Positions 19,393 through 28,488 of a stretch of 64,000 bases of DNA are shown in pieces; within the stretch, counting starts at the first letter, position 1, and every line of letters begins with the position of its first letter. The stretch is from Candidatus Cloacimonadota bacterium (GTDB lineage: Bacteria > Cloacimonadota > Cloacimonadia > JGIOTU-2). The translations under genes and the position numbers were made by a program. Under the pieces are notes generated by a model. It did no database searches, had not been told where the DNA came from, and saw nothing but the letters and a program-made list of their open reading frames with translations. The stretch spans positions 288,001-352,000 of the forward strand of contig JBNGBT010000002.1 of NCBI GenBank assembly GCA_049903315.1, given 5' to 3'.

Positions 19393-21399
19393 ATGAAAAA
19401 GCTATTTATTATTTTTGTAATTTTATCATTTTTTATTACTATACCACTTTGTGCCCAATCAATAATCTGGCAAGAAAATTTTAATACAAATCCCGGCACC
19501 TGGGCACTAGATTCAAACTGGAGTATTCAAAGTGGTGCATTAATGTTATCCTGGTCGCCCACAGTCGCTCCCTATGATCTTAGTGCGACATCACCATTCA
19601 TCAATTTACCGTTAAATGTAGGGGATCTGACTGTTTCTCAGTTTATTGACGAGTTTTCGACAAATACAGGAGAAGTAACAAACATTGAACTGATTCATCC
19701 TGGAGGAACAACTGTTCTATGGAGTTTCGATTTGGTTGGTACTAATTGGGGTTATTCTGGTGGTAAAGATATAAGCTTCTCTTTATTCCCATATGCAGGA
19801 CAGCAAGTTCAAATTAGATTTAGAAGTTACGGAGGAAGTACCTATAATTTCAATTATTGGTACATTTATAATGTTGCCATTAATGCATCTCTCGATCATG
19901 ACCTTGCAGCAACAAACATTTCCGGCAATAACATTCTTAATATCGGGCAGCAGGGATTATGGAATGTGACAGTCAAAAACACCGGGCTTAATACTGAGTC
20001 TAATTATGAAGTAAATCTCATGCGAGAACCGGGCATCGTGCTGGGTTCTACTTTTGCAACTACTCCTCTCGCTCCTGATCAACAAACCATCTATCAGTTC
20101 AACTGGACTCCGGATATAAGTGAAGTGGTCAATCTTTACGGGCAGGTTATTCTACCTGGTGATGAGTTCTTGGATAATAATACGACAAATCCATTTTTGG
20201 TTAATATTTATCCTGATGACCCGATTAATGTGCTTGTCTGGGATAATGATAATGCTTCGGATATTGATGGAATAGGTACACAGGTTTTTCTTGAAGAAGC
20301 TCTCACTGCAAATAATGTAACTTATGATACATACACATACCTGCCGGCAAATCTCACACCATATGATGCCATATTTGTTGCTCTTGGCATCTACTGCGTT
20401 GGCTGAGGCACTACACCTCCAGGCTCCGTCGGAGCCTCTGATCAAACGACTTTAATGAACTATCTTTATGGTGGACATCCAATTTATATTGAAGGTTCAG
20501 ATCTGGGATATTCTCACCAGGGAACAGCTTTCCTCGCAAGTCTCGGATGCAGTTTCTTGTCAAATGATACACAAAATATTGGTACTATGACAGGAGTATC
20601 AGGTACTGTTGGAGAAGATTTTGTTTTTCCTTTCACTGCCAATACCGATGCAAATTACTCAGTAGATGAGATAGGCGGAATATTCAGCAGAAGTGTTGCA
20701 TTCAGATCCGATAACAACTATTCCCGTACAGTTGCGTATGCAGGAGCGAATTATAGCACCATTGCATCAACACCGATACTCGGCGGATTAGAAAATACTG
20801 ATACAAACTCAAAAGCTGATTTGGTTGCAACATATCTCGGATACATGCTTAAAATAAATGGTGTATTTCGCGGTATTGTTACAGATAATAATACAGGCGA
20901 TCCTGTTCAAAATGCCACAGTGAATGTAGGTACGTTTAGTGGTGTGACAAATTCATATGGACTTTGTGCGATAGAAGTTCCCCCCGGTTCATATGGTATA
21001 AGCTGCTCACATCCGAATTATGCAACTTTCGTGTATCCATCAGAAATTATAATAGATTATAATGACACATACTGGATGGATATCTCTCTTACTCCAAGTG
21101 TTTCAATTGATGATTTTGAGCAACAGGACGGCATCACGCGCATCTTTCCAAATCCCTTTACCATTCAAACCGCTATTAAATACTATATGAAATCTTCAGG
21201 AAATGTAGATATCAGTGTATTTAATATTAAGGGACAAAAGGTGTGTACTTTAGTTGATGAATACAAACAATCCGGCTATCATGATAATACATTTAACAAT
21301 TCATCTGAATATACTGCGGGACTTTCTTCTGGTATCTATTTCATGAAGTTGGAAACAGAGCAAGTCACTCAAATTGAAAAATTCATAATTCTTGAGTAG
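19393..21399 (+). CDS. Predicted secreted selenoprotein (CxxU), 668 aa with TGA 20404-20406 read as Sec; CARDB-like and carboxypeptidase-regulatory-like domains and CTD
   Basis: ORFs 19393..20406 and 20455..21399 share a frame and the 16 codons between them are open. The junction reads LGIYCVG-U-GTTPPGSVGASDQTTLMNYL. The signal peptide is only in the first part and the CTD only in the second. A SECIS-like hairpin follows the TGA. Confidence 0.75.
20404..20440 (+). promoter_or_regulatory. Putative bacterial SECIS element
   Basis: Perfect 7-bp stem AGGCTCC (20421-27) / GGAGCCT (20431-37) with loop GTC; 21 nt separate the TGA from the loop. Confidence 0.7.
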
Positions 21400-21414
21400 A
21401 ATAATTTATAACAG

Positions 21415-21449
21415 AAAAAGCCAGTTCAGTATGTGAGCTGGCTTTTTTT
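21415..21449. terminator. Bidirectional intrinsic terminator
   Basis: AAAAAGCCAGTTCA-gtatg-TGAGCTGGCTTTTTTT between the convergent CDS and tRNA. Confidence 0.85.
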
Positions 21450-21460
21450 GTAATAAAAAA

Positions 21461-21535
21461 TGGTAGCCCCAAGGGGAATCGAACCCCTGTTACCGGAATG
21501 AGAATCCGGCGTCCTTACCCCTAGACGATGGGGCC
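21461..21535 (-). tRNA. tRNA-Glu (anticodon CTC)
   Basis: Minus strand GGCCCCATCGTCTAGGGGTAAGGACGCCGGA-TTCTCAT-TCCGGTAACAGGGGTTCGATTCCCCTTGGGGCTACCA: acceptor stem, GTTCGA T-loop and encoded CCA. Confidence 0.95.
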
Positions 21536-21590
21536 ACGTGGGATTTGTTTATTTCGTGGTGGATTTTGCTGTCAAGAATTTGAGGAAATG

Positions 21591-21724
21591 ACACACCCCG
21601 ATTCCTTCGGAATCACCCCTCTCGAGAGGGGATTTGTACGATTGTTTTTTTAAAATTAAGTATGATATTGAAAACATCAAAATTTCTCCTCTTGAGAGGA
21701 GTCCGGCTTAGCCGGGAGGTGTGT
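21591..21724. repeat. REPIN-like palindromic element, copy 1
   Basis: ACACACCCCG-[GATTCCttcGGAATC]-CCCCTCTCGAGAGGGG...CTCCTCTTGAGAGGAG-[CCGGCTtAGCCGG]-GAGGTGTGT. Confidence 0.85.
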
Positions 21725-21839
21725 AAATTAAATCCAATTCTGCATTGATCATGATGGAAAAAATTATTAATTGACAAAATTTACCATTAAAATTGGGAAA
21801 ATATTAAGAATTAGTTCATTAGAAATATTAGGAGCTGTT

Positions 21840-22814
21840 ATGAATTATGAAATAATTCAAAAATTAAGATATAAGTTACAGAAAAGAGTAAGAAGGTTGA
21901 ATTCAATTGAAGTGCCGCAATTGTATCATTCTTATTTAAAACAATTTTGGGTATTTTTACATGAATCACCGATTTTTTCCGGAATATTGGATGATTTATC
22001 AAAAAGAATTCCTGAAGCAGAAAAATTAGCAAATGATATAGTATTGAAAAAAGAAACAATTTCATTCAATATTGAATTAGAATTGGTTGCAACTTGTTAC
22101 TATGTGATTGACATATGTGTTAAATCTAAATCTAATGACATAGAGATGAAAATTGGATTTATATATAAAAAAGCAGGTCCATTTGCTAAAAACCTTGAAT
22201 TTTTTCATCACTATTTTGTGGAAACCCTATATGATTATATTGATGAGAATTTAGATGATCAGAAATTGCTTTTAGCATTATTACGAAGATATAAACAAAG
22301 ATGCGAATGGTTTAGAAGAGATTCCTTACTCAAAATGTACAATGAAAATACTCAGATTGGTGAAAAATCCTTAGCAATGGATTTATATGAATATTTATTT
22401 GATCAAGGGATTGAATTTTCCATTGAACCTTCATCAGCTTCTGGCAAGCCAGATTTGATTGCTGCACAGAATACGGATGATCCATTAATTGCAGATGCAA
22501 AAATCTTTGATCCTCAAAAGAGTAAAAATATAGCATATATTACAAAAGGTTTTAATCAGATTTACCAATATACTATGGATTACAATGAACCATTTGGATA
22601 TCTTGTAATTTTCAAGATTTGTGAAGAGGATCTCAAGTTGGATTTTAAAGAAAAAGAACGAGCAATACCTTTTGTTATTTATAATAATAAGACAATATTC
22701 TTCATCGTAATTGATATTTGTAAATATGAGAAAAGTGCTTCACAAAGAGGTAAATTAAAAGTATGTGATCTAAGGGAGGATGAATTAATTAAAATTATTA
22801 AAACCAAAGAATAA
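21840..22814 (+). CDS. Hypothetical protein with C-terminal PD-(D/E)xK nuclease-like motif
   Basis: ATG 21840 follows GGAG. E...GKPDL...IADAK...GFNQIYQY pattern; visibly AT-richer than neighbours. Confidence 0.65.
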   Translation: MNYEIIQKLRYKLQKRVRRLNSIEVPQLYHSYLKQFWVFLHESPIFSGILDDLSKRIPEAEKLANDIVLKKETISFNIELELVATCYYVIDICVKSKSNDIEMKIGFIYKKAGPFAKNLEFFHHYFVETLYDYIDENLDDQKLLLALLRRYKQRCEWFRRDSLLKMYNENTQIGEKSLAMDLYEYLFDQGIEFSIEPSSASGKPDLIAAQNTDDPLIADAKIFDPQKSKNIAYITKGFNQIYQYTMDYNEPFGYLVIFKICEEDLKLDFKEKERAIPFVIYNNKTIFFIVIDICKYEKSASQRGKLKVCDLREDELIKIIKTKE

Positions 22815-22859
22815 GCTTAAATAAACAGATGGGCAAATAACAAAAAGTTAATCGAATGA

Positions 22860-23005
22860 ACACATCCGACCTTCCAACAAGTTGGAATCTACCCCTCTCG
22901 AGAGGGCATCCAGCGATTATTATTAATAAATGGTTGTGAGTTGAAAAATCGAAAAATCTCCTCTAAAAAGAGGAGTACTCCGCCAGATGGCGGAGGGAGG
23001 TGTGT
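22860..23005. repeat. REPIN-like palindromic element, copy 2
   Basis: ACACATCCG-[TTCCAACaaGTTGGAA]-CCCCTCTCGAGAGGG...CTCCTCTAAAAAGAGGAG-[CTCCGCCAgaTGGCGGAG]-GGAGGTGTGT. Confidence 0.85.
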
Positions 23006-23029
23006 ACATTGCTAAAACGGAGACGCATT

Positions 23030-23389
23030 ATGAAACTTTATTATGATCCAAAATTAAAGCTACTGGCACGTAAGCTTCGTAAGAATATGACACTCCCGGA
23101 AGTAATACTCTGGAATCAACTGAAAAGAAAGAAGTTAGGTTATGATTTCCACCGTCAAAAACCAATAGGGGAATTTATCGTTGATTTTTATTGTCCGGGG
23201 CTCAAACTGATAATTGAAGTGGATGGAGAGGTACATCTCGACAAAGGTGAGTCTGATATAAAAAGACAATCAAAATTAGAATCATTGGGATTACGAATAT
23301 TGCGATATAAAGCGACAGATATTTTGAAGAACTTGAATGATGTTATCGATTCAATTCAGAATTATATTAATGATATTTCATCAAAATAA
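23030..23389 (+). CDS. DUF559 / Vsr-like endonuclease domain protein
   Basis: ARKLRKNMTLPEVILW...FHRQKPIGEFIVDFYC...IIEVDGEVH...LESLGLRILR; ATG 23030 follows GGAG. Confidence 0.9.
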   Translation: MKLYYDPKLKLLARKLRKNMTLPEVILWNQLKRKKLGYDFHRQKPIGEFIVDFYCPGLKLIIEVDGEVHLDKGESDIKRQSKLESLGLRILRYKATDILKNLNDVIDSIQNYINDISSK

Positions 23390-23529
23390 CACACCCCGTC
23401 TTCCAAAAAGTTGGAATCCACCCCTCTCGAGAGGGGATTTGTGTATATTTTGCATGTCTCTGGTTTGGATCTGATGTATTCAAAAATCTCCTCTAAAAAG
23501 AGGAGTCCGGCTTTAGCCGGGAGGTGTGT
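23389..23529. repeat. REPIN-like palindromic element, copy 3
   Basis: ACACACCCCG-[TTCCAAaaagTTGGAA]-CCCCTCTCGAGAGGGG...CTCCTCTAAAAAGAGGAG-[CCGGCTttAGCCGG]-GAGGTGTGT. Confidence 0.85.
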
Positions 23530-23542
23530 ATTTATTTTCTTA

Positions 23543-23947
23543 CTACTCAGTAAATATAAGTCCAATCTCTCTCTTTGCACTTTCCGGAGAATCCGAAGCA
23601 TGAACTGCATTCTCTGTAAATGAATCTGCAAATAGAAACCGGATTGTTCCGGGAGCTGCTTTTTCGAAATTAGTATTTCCAACCAATTCTCGAAGCTTTA
23701 AAATCGCATCTTCTCTACTGAGGACTGCGCCTACTATCTTGCCGGATAGCATAAATGATTTAAGTTGCGGGTAGAAACTTTTGCCAAGATGTTCTGCATA
23801 GAAAGTATCTGCTAAATCGTTATTCATGGTGAACATTTTTAATTGCTCAATCACAAATCCGTTGTCTTCGACCATCTTGAGGATTGCGCCGATTTTGTTT
23901 TTCTTTGTTGCATTTGGTTTAATAAGAAGTAAGGTTTTTTGGCTCAT
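23543..23947 (-). CDS. ndk: Nucleoside-diphosphate kinase
   Basis: TLLLIKPNA, FYAEH, APGTIR and NAVHASDS. Confidence 0.95.
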   Translation of the reverse strand: MSQKTLLLIKPNATKKNKIGAILKMVEDNGFVIEQLKMFTMNNDLADTFYAEHLGKSFYPQLKSFMLSGKIVGAVLSREDAILKLRELVGNTNFEKAAPGTIRFLFADSFTENAVHASDSPESAKREIGLIFTE

Positions 23948-24089
23948 TTCGTATGTCCTTCAATATTATTTATTTTGGTCTTGAAAAATAATTGTACAAA
24001 AAAATGAGCAAGAAAAATCTTGGTTTTCAATTAATTATTTCCCTCAAAAAATAGTTTGGAATCATTTGTTTTTTAAATATGGAGTTGCA

Positions 24090-24686
24090 ATGATAGTAGA
24101 GAAACTTATTCAAGGAAATCAAGAATTCGTTAAAACCTTTAAAAAAGAAGAAGAATTGTACCAAAAACTTGCACAACACGGCCAGCATCCAAAAGTGTTA
24201 TGGATAGGATGCTCTGATTCACGGATTGTTCCTGAATTCATTGTCAATGCAGATGCCGGAGATCTATTTATTATAAGAAATATTGCGAATATAATTCCAC
24301 CTTGCAATGCAAATGATCTGTGCTCAAGCTCTGTACTGGAATATGCGATGCTCGAACTCAAAGTAGAACATATTGTCGTGTGTGGGCACACAGGTTGTGG
24401 GGGAATAACCGCACTTGTAAAAGGCACACCAAATAATTCAAGAGTATCTGAATGGTTGAAATATGCCTCTCAGAAGAAAGCTGCAAACGATATAAATGCC
24501 GATTCATATATATTAAAATCGATTAAAGATAACATTCTTTTACAATCAGAACACCTTCTTACTTTTGATTTTATAAAGGAAAATATTAATAATTTGTGTA
24601 TTCATAAGTGGCTGTATGACATGCATTCAGGTGGTATTTCGTATTATGATGACAAAGAAAGAAAATGGATCAAACTTGAAGAATAA
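24090..24686 (+). CDS. Beta-class carbonic anhydrase
   Basis: CSDSR, RNIAN and HTGCGG zinc motifs; ATG 24090 follows GGAG. Confidence 0.93.
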   Translation: MIVEKLIQGNQEFVKTFKKEEELYQKLAQHGQHPKVLWIGCSDSRIVPEFIVNADAGDLFIIRNIANIIPPCNANDLCSSSVLEYAMLELKVEHIVVCGHTGCGGITALVKGTPNNSRVSEWLKYASQKKAANDINADSYILKSIKDNILLQSEHLLTFDFIKENINNLCIHKWLYDMHSGGISYYDDKERKWIKLEE

Positions 24687-24828
24687 ATATTAAAACATGT
24701 AAAATTTGCGATAATTTTTGTCTTAGAAATTAAATTCTCATGAAATTTCGAAAATTCTTGACGTAAAAAGAACAGGTTAACGGGATAACGATAATTAATT
24801 TAAAAAACGATGGAGGAAACTCAAAAAA

Positions 24829-26814
24829 ATGATAGAAAAAAAAGCAATTGACTCTCTTTCGAGTAAAGGAAGAACCTTCCCACCACCAGAAGAAATTAAG
24901 AAAAACGCTTATATAACTTCTGACGAACAGTATAAAGAAATGTGGGAAAGATCCATTAACGATCCCGACGGTTTTTGGTTGGAACAAGCTGAAACTTTGG
25001 ACTGGTTCAAGAAACCTACAAAAGGTTTGAAGTATAACTGGGATACCAAAGCTCGTATAATCGAACACACCTGGTTTGAAGACGGTGAAATTAATGTAAG
25101 TTACAACTGTCTGGATAGGCATCTAGGCACTCCTACAGCAAAAAAGACAGCTCTTCTTTGGCAGGGTGAAATCGAAGATGATGTGAAAAAATATTCCTAT
25201 GAAGAACTTTATACTGAAGTATGCAAATTTGCCAATGTGCTTAAATCCAAAGGCATCACAAAGGGAGATAGAGTAGCTATTTATATGCCCATGGTTCCTG
25301 AACTTGCGATCACAATGCTGGCTTGTACCAGGATTGGTGCGATCCATTCCATAATTTTTGGTGGATTCAGTGCAGATGCAATTCGCGGCAGAGTAAATGA
25401 TTCAGATTGTAAAATGCTTATAACGTCGAACATCTCACGACGTGCAGGCAAACAAATCCATCTGAAAGATATTTCCGATCAAGCCCTGAAAGATACTCCT
25501 TCGATCGAAAGCGTTATCGTTATAAAAGTTAACGATGAGCCATGCCACATGGAAGAAGGACGGGATTTCTGGTATCATGACGAGATGAAGAAAGCAGCTC
25601 CTGTGTGCGAACCGGTTCATATGAACGCCGAAGATCCATTATTCATTCTTTACACATCAGGTTCTACAGGCAAACCCAAAGGTGTTGTTCACACAACTGC
25701 GGGTTACCTCATGCATACAACTCTCACACATAAGCTTGTTTTCAACATTCATGAAGACGACATATACTGGTGTACTGCTGATATCGGCTGGGTAACCGGT
25801 CACAGCTATATTGTGTATGGACCCCTTGCAAATGGTTCTACATCAATTATGTTCGAAGGTGTACCCACCTATCCGGATGCAGGACGTTTCTGGGAGATAG
25901 TGGACAAGTTCAAGGTAACTGTTTTCTACACAGCTCCAACAGCAATCCGCGCTCTTATGAGATTGGGCGATCAATGGCCGGCAAAATATAAATTGGATTC
26001 ATTGAGAATTCTTGGTACAGTTGGCGAACCGATAAATCCCGAAGCCTGGATGTGGTATTACGAAAATATCGGACACGGTCGTTGCCCGATCGTCGATACA
26101 TGGTGGCAGACTGAGACAGGTGGATTTATGATCACACCTCTTCCCGGTGCTCATACTTTAAAACCAGGCAGCGCTCAGCGACCTTTCTTTGGTGTAGAGA
26201 CTGTTGTTCTCAGAGATGATGCCTCAGAATGCGGTGTAAATGAAGGTGGAAAGCTCTGCATCAAAAAACCATGGCCCGGTATGATGAGAACAATGTGGGG
26301 CGATCATGAAAGATTTATCGATACCTATTTTACAATGTTCGATGATGTTTATTTTGCAGGTGATGGCTGCCGAATCGATGAAGATGGTGACTACTGGTTG
26401 CTGGGTAGAATTGATGACGTGGTGAATGTTTCCGGTCATCGTATCGGAACAGCTGAAGTTGAAAGCGCTCTCGTAAGCCATCCTGCAGTTGCAGAAGCTG
26501 CGGTGACGCCAATTCCTCACGAGATTAAAGGACAGGGACTCTATGCGTATGTGACTCTAGTCGGTGGTATTGAACCTACAGATGAATTGAAGAAAGAGCT
26601 TATCAAACATGTTCGTTCTGAAATCGGTCCTATCGCTACTCCAGAGGCAATTCAATGGGCTCCAGCACTTCCAAAAACTCGTTCAGGAAAGATCATGCGT
26701 CGTATTTTACGTAAGATTGCCGAAAAAGATACGGGCAATCTTGGTGACGTGACGACACTTGCTGATCCGAGTGTGGTTGAACACCTCATTGCAGAACGCA
26801 ATTTGAACGACTAA
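24829..26814 (+). CDS. acs: Acetate--CoA ligase (AMP-forming)
   Basis: YTSGSTGKPKG, ADIGWVTGHSY, DTWWQTETGG and LPKTRSGKIMRR. Confidence 0.95.
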   Translation: MIEKKAIDSLSSKGRTFPPPEEIKKNAYITSDEQYKEMWERSINDPDGFWLEQAETLDWFKKPTKGLKYNWDTKARIIEHTWFEDGEINVSYNCLDRHLGTPTAKKTALLWQGEIEDDVKKYSYEELYTEVCKFANVLKSKGITKGDRVAIYMPMVPELAITMLACTRIGAIHSIIFGGFSADAIRGRVNDSDCKMLITSNISRRAGKQIHLKDISDQALKDTPSIESVIVIKVNDEPCHMEEGRDFWYHDEMKKAAPVCEPVHMNAEDPLFILYTSGSTGKPKGVVHTTAGYLMHTTLTHKLVFNIHEDDIYWCTADIGWVTGHSYIVYGPLANGSTSIMFEGVPTYPDAGRFWEIVDKFKVTVFYTAPTAIRALMRLGDQWPAKYKLDSLRILGTVGEPINPEAWMWYYENIGHGRCPIVDTWWQTETGGFMITPLPGAHTLKPGSAQRPFFGVETVVLRDDASECGVNEGGKLCIKKPWPGMMRTMWGDHERFIDTYFTMFDDVYFAGDGCRIDEDGDYWLLGRIDDVVNVSGHRIGTAEVESALVSHPAVAEAAVTPIPHEIKGQGLYAYVTLVGGIEPTDELKKELIKHVRSEIGPIATPEAIQWAPALPKTRSGKIMRRILRKIAEKDTGNLGDVTTLADPSVVEHLIAERNLND

Positions 26815-26831
26815 TTATATAAAAAATAAAC

Positions 26832-26868
26832 AAGCCGGATTTGCTGCCATGCCTTTCCGGCTTTTCTT
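26832..26868 (+). terminator. Stem-loop after acs
   Basis: AAGCCGGA...TCCGGCTT followed by TTCTT. Confidence 0.55.
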
Positions 26869-26891
26869 AATCAAATGAATGAGGAGAAAAA

Positions 26892-28145
26892 ATGGCTGAA
26901 AAGAAAATTATGAATAGATGGTCTGCTGTGATTGGAGCAGTTATCATTCAGCTTTGTCTTGGCGCAATTTATGCGTGGTCAGTTTTCACAAAACCCCTTT
27001 TTGATGCTGGATGGTCACGAACTCAAACACAAGCTGTTTTTGCAGCAGGATTAGCGCTTTTTGCAATTGTAATGGTCATTGCGGGACGGTTAATGCCAAA
27101 ATTCGGACCACGAAAACTTGCAATTGCAGGAGGTGTCGTTCTTGGACTCGGTTACTTCTTGGCAGGTCTTTTCGGAGGAACTAACTTCTGGCTTGTATTC
27201 CTATTTGTCGGTATCATCGGTGGTTCAGGTATTGGACTTGCATATGTTGTTCCTATCGCAGTTGGGATGAGATGGTTTCCTGATAAAAAAGGTCTCATCA
27301 CCGGTCTGGCAGTCGCGGGTTTTGGTTTTGGAGCATTACTCTGGGTCAAACTTGCAGGAACCTGGGGCAATCTTATCGGCAGTTATGGATTGAGCAAGAC
27401 ATTTATTATTTACGGTATCATATTTTTCATTGCTGTGCTTATTGGAAGTATCTGGATGGTTTTCCCGCCAAAAGATTGGAAGCCAAAAGGATGGGTGCCT
27501 ACAGAAGCAGAGAAAAAAGTGGATGATACAAAATTCCAGATCAAGAGCGGACAGATGCTTAAAACACCTCAGTTCTACATGATCTGGCTCACCTTCGTTT
27601 TCGGTGCAGGGGCAGGATTGATGGTTATTGGTAATATCAAACTGTTTGGTATTGAAGAACTGACAAAAGCCGGTATATCAGATATTACTGCGAGTGCTAT
27701 AGCAGGAACGGCTATGGCAGTGTTTTATGCACTTGCTAATGGACTCGGTAGAATCGCTTGGGGTGCGATCAGTGATAAAATTGGAAGAAAAAAATCCATC
27801 GTTATAATGATGATATCTCAGGGTATCTTCGTAATTATTTTCCAGTGGATTGCCGGTATTCCTGCACTTCTTTACATTGGTGCAGCGCTTATTGGATTTA
27901 ACTTCGGTGGTAATTTTTCACTTTTCCCAACAATTACTGCGGACACATTCGGTACAAAATATATTGGACAAAATTATGGATGGGTTTTCCTTGCGTATGG
28001 CGTAGGCGGTATTTTCGGTCCCATTATGGCTGGAAGACTTGGAGATATGGGCAACTTCGCACTTGCATTCATTATATGCGGTGTATTGTGCATTGTCGCA
28101 GCAGGGATTATCTCACGTGTAAAACCACCTAAGCAGACAGCATAA
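26892..28145 (+). CDS. OFA-family MFS transporter (oxalate:formate / monocarboxylate-like)
   Basis: LGAIYAWSVF, WFPDKKGLITGLAVAGFG, GRIAWGAISDKIGR; about 12 TM segments. Confidence 0.9.
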   Translation: MAEKKIMNRWSAVIGAVIIQLCLGAIYAWSVFTKPLFDAGWSRTQTQAVFAAGLALFAIVMVIAGRLMPKFGPRKLAIAGGVVLGLGYFLAGLFGGTNFWLVFLFVGIIGGSGIGLAYVVPIAVGMRWFPDKKGLITGLAVAGFGFGALLWVKLAGTWGNLIGSYGLSKTFIIYGIIFFIAVLIGSIWMVFPPKDWKPKGWVPTEAEKKVDDTKFQIKSGQMLKTPQFYMIWLTFVFGAGAGLMVIGNIKLFGIEELTKAGISDITASAIAGTAMAVFYALANGLGRIAWGAISDKIGRKKSIVIMMISQGIFVIIFQWIAGIPALLYIGAALIGFNFGGNFSLFPTITADTFGTKYIGQNYGWVFLAYGVGGIFGPIMAGRLGDMGNFALAFIICGVLCIVAAGIISRVKPPKQTA

Positions 28146-28165
28146 TAAAAATTATATAAATGTTT

Positions 28166-28203
28166 AAAGGTGAAATGGTCATATGATCGTTTCACCTTTT
28201 TTA
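28166..28203 (+). terminator. Intrinsic terminator
   Basis: AAAGGTGAAATGGTCA-ta-TGATCGTTTCACCTTTTTT. Confidence 0.75.
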
Positions 28204-28488
28204 TTTCAAGCAAACATCATACAACAGTGATGATTTATAACATTTCGGAAAAGAATACAACTTTTTTGTATAAATCCCACAATTACTTGACATTTAAACA
28301 GTCTTATCTCTTAGAAAGTACAAATAAACGAATTTTTCGGAGGCAATGTGGACTTTAAGAAATCAAAATATTTAGTTGATTCAGTTAAAGTCAAGCCAAA
28401 AAATGACTTATCTCTTATAGTGAATATAAGACTAAAATCTTTTGCTCACAAAGAACTATTTCAAAATTCATATTAAATTGGAGGCAGC

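Noticed and set aside
20404..20406. Genome-wide TGA reassignment (code 4/25) as the explanation for the in-frame TGA
   Set aside because: TGA ends several complete genes here (9777, 10980, 32977, 37543, 43012) and Trp is encoded by TGG.
21461..21535. tRNA-targeted integrative element
   Set aside because: The cassettes lie on the 5' side of the tRNA; I saw no duplicated tRNA 3' end and no integrase.
21591..23529. CRISPR array or integron attC array
   Set aside because: The repeats are about 140 bp, separated by whole genes, with no cas or intI gene and no attC-type RYYYAAC/GTTRRRY ends recognised.
23362..23682. ORFs 23362..23682 (-) and 23411..23623 (+)
   Set aside because: They overlap ndk and repeat copy 3 and are shadow frames.
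28348..28476. 42-codon GTG ORF after GGAGG upstream of the second ligase
   Set aside because: Short RBS spacing and no recognisable motif; possible leader peptide but unsupported.
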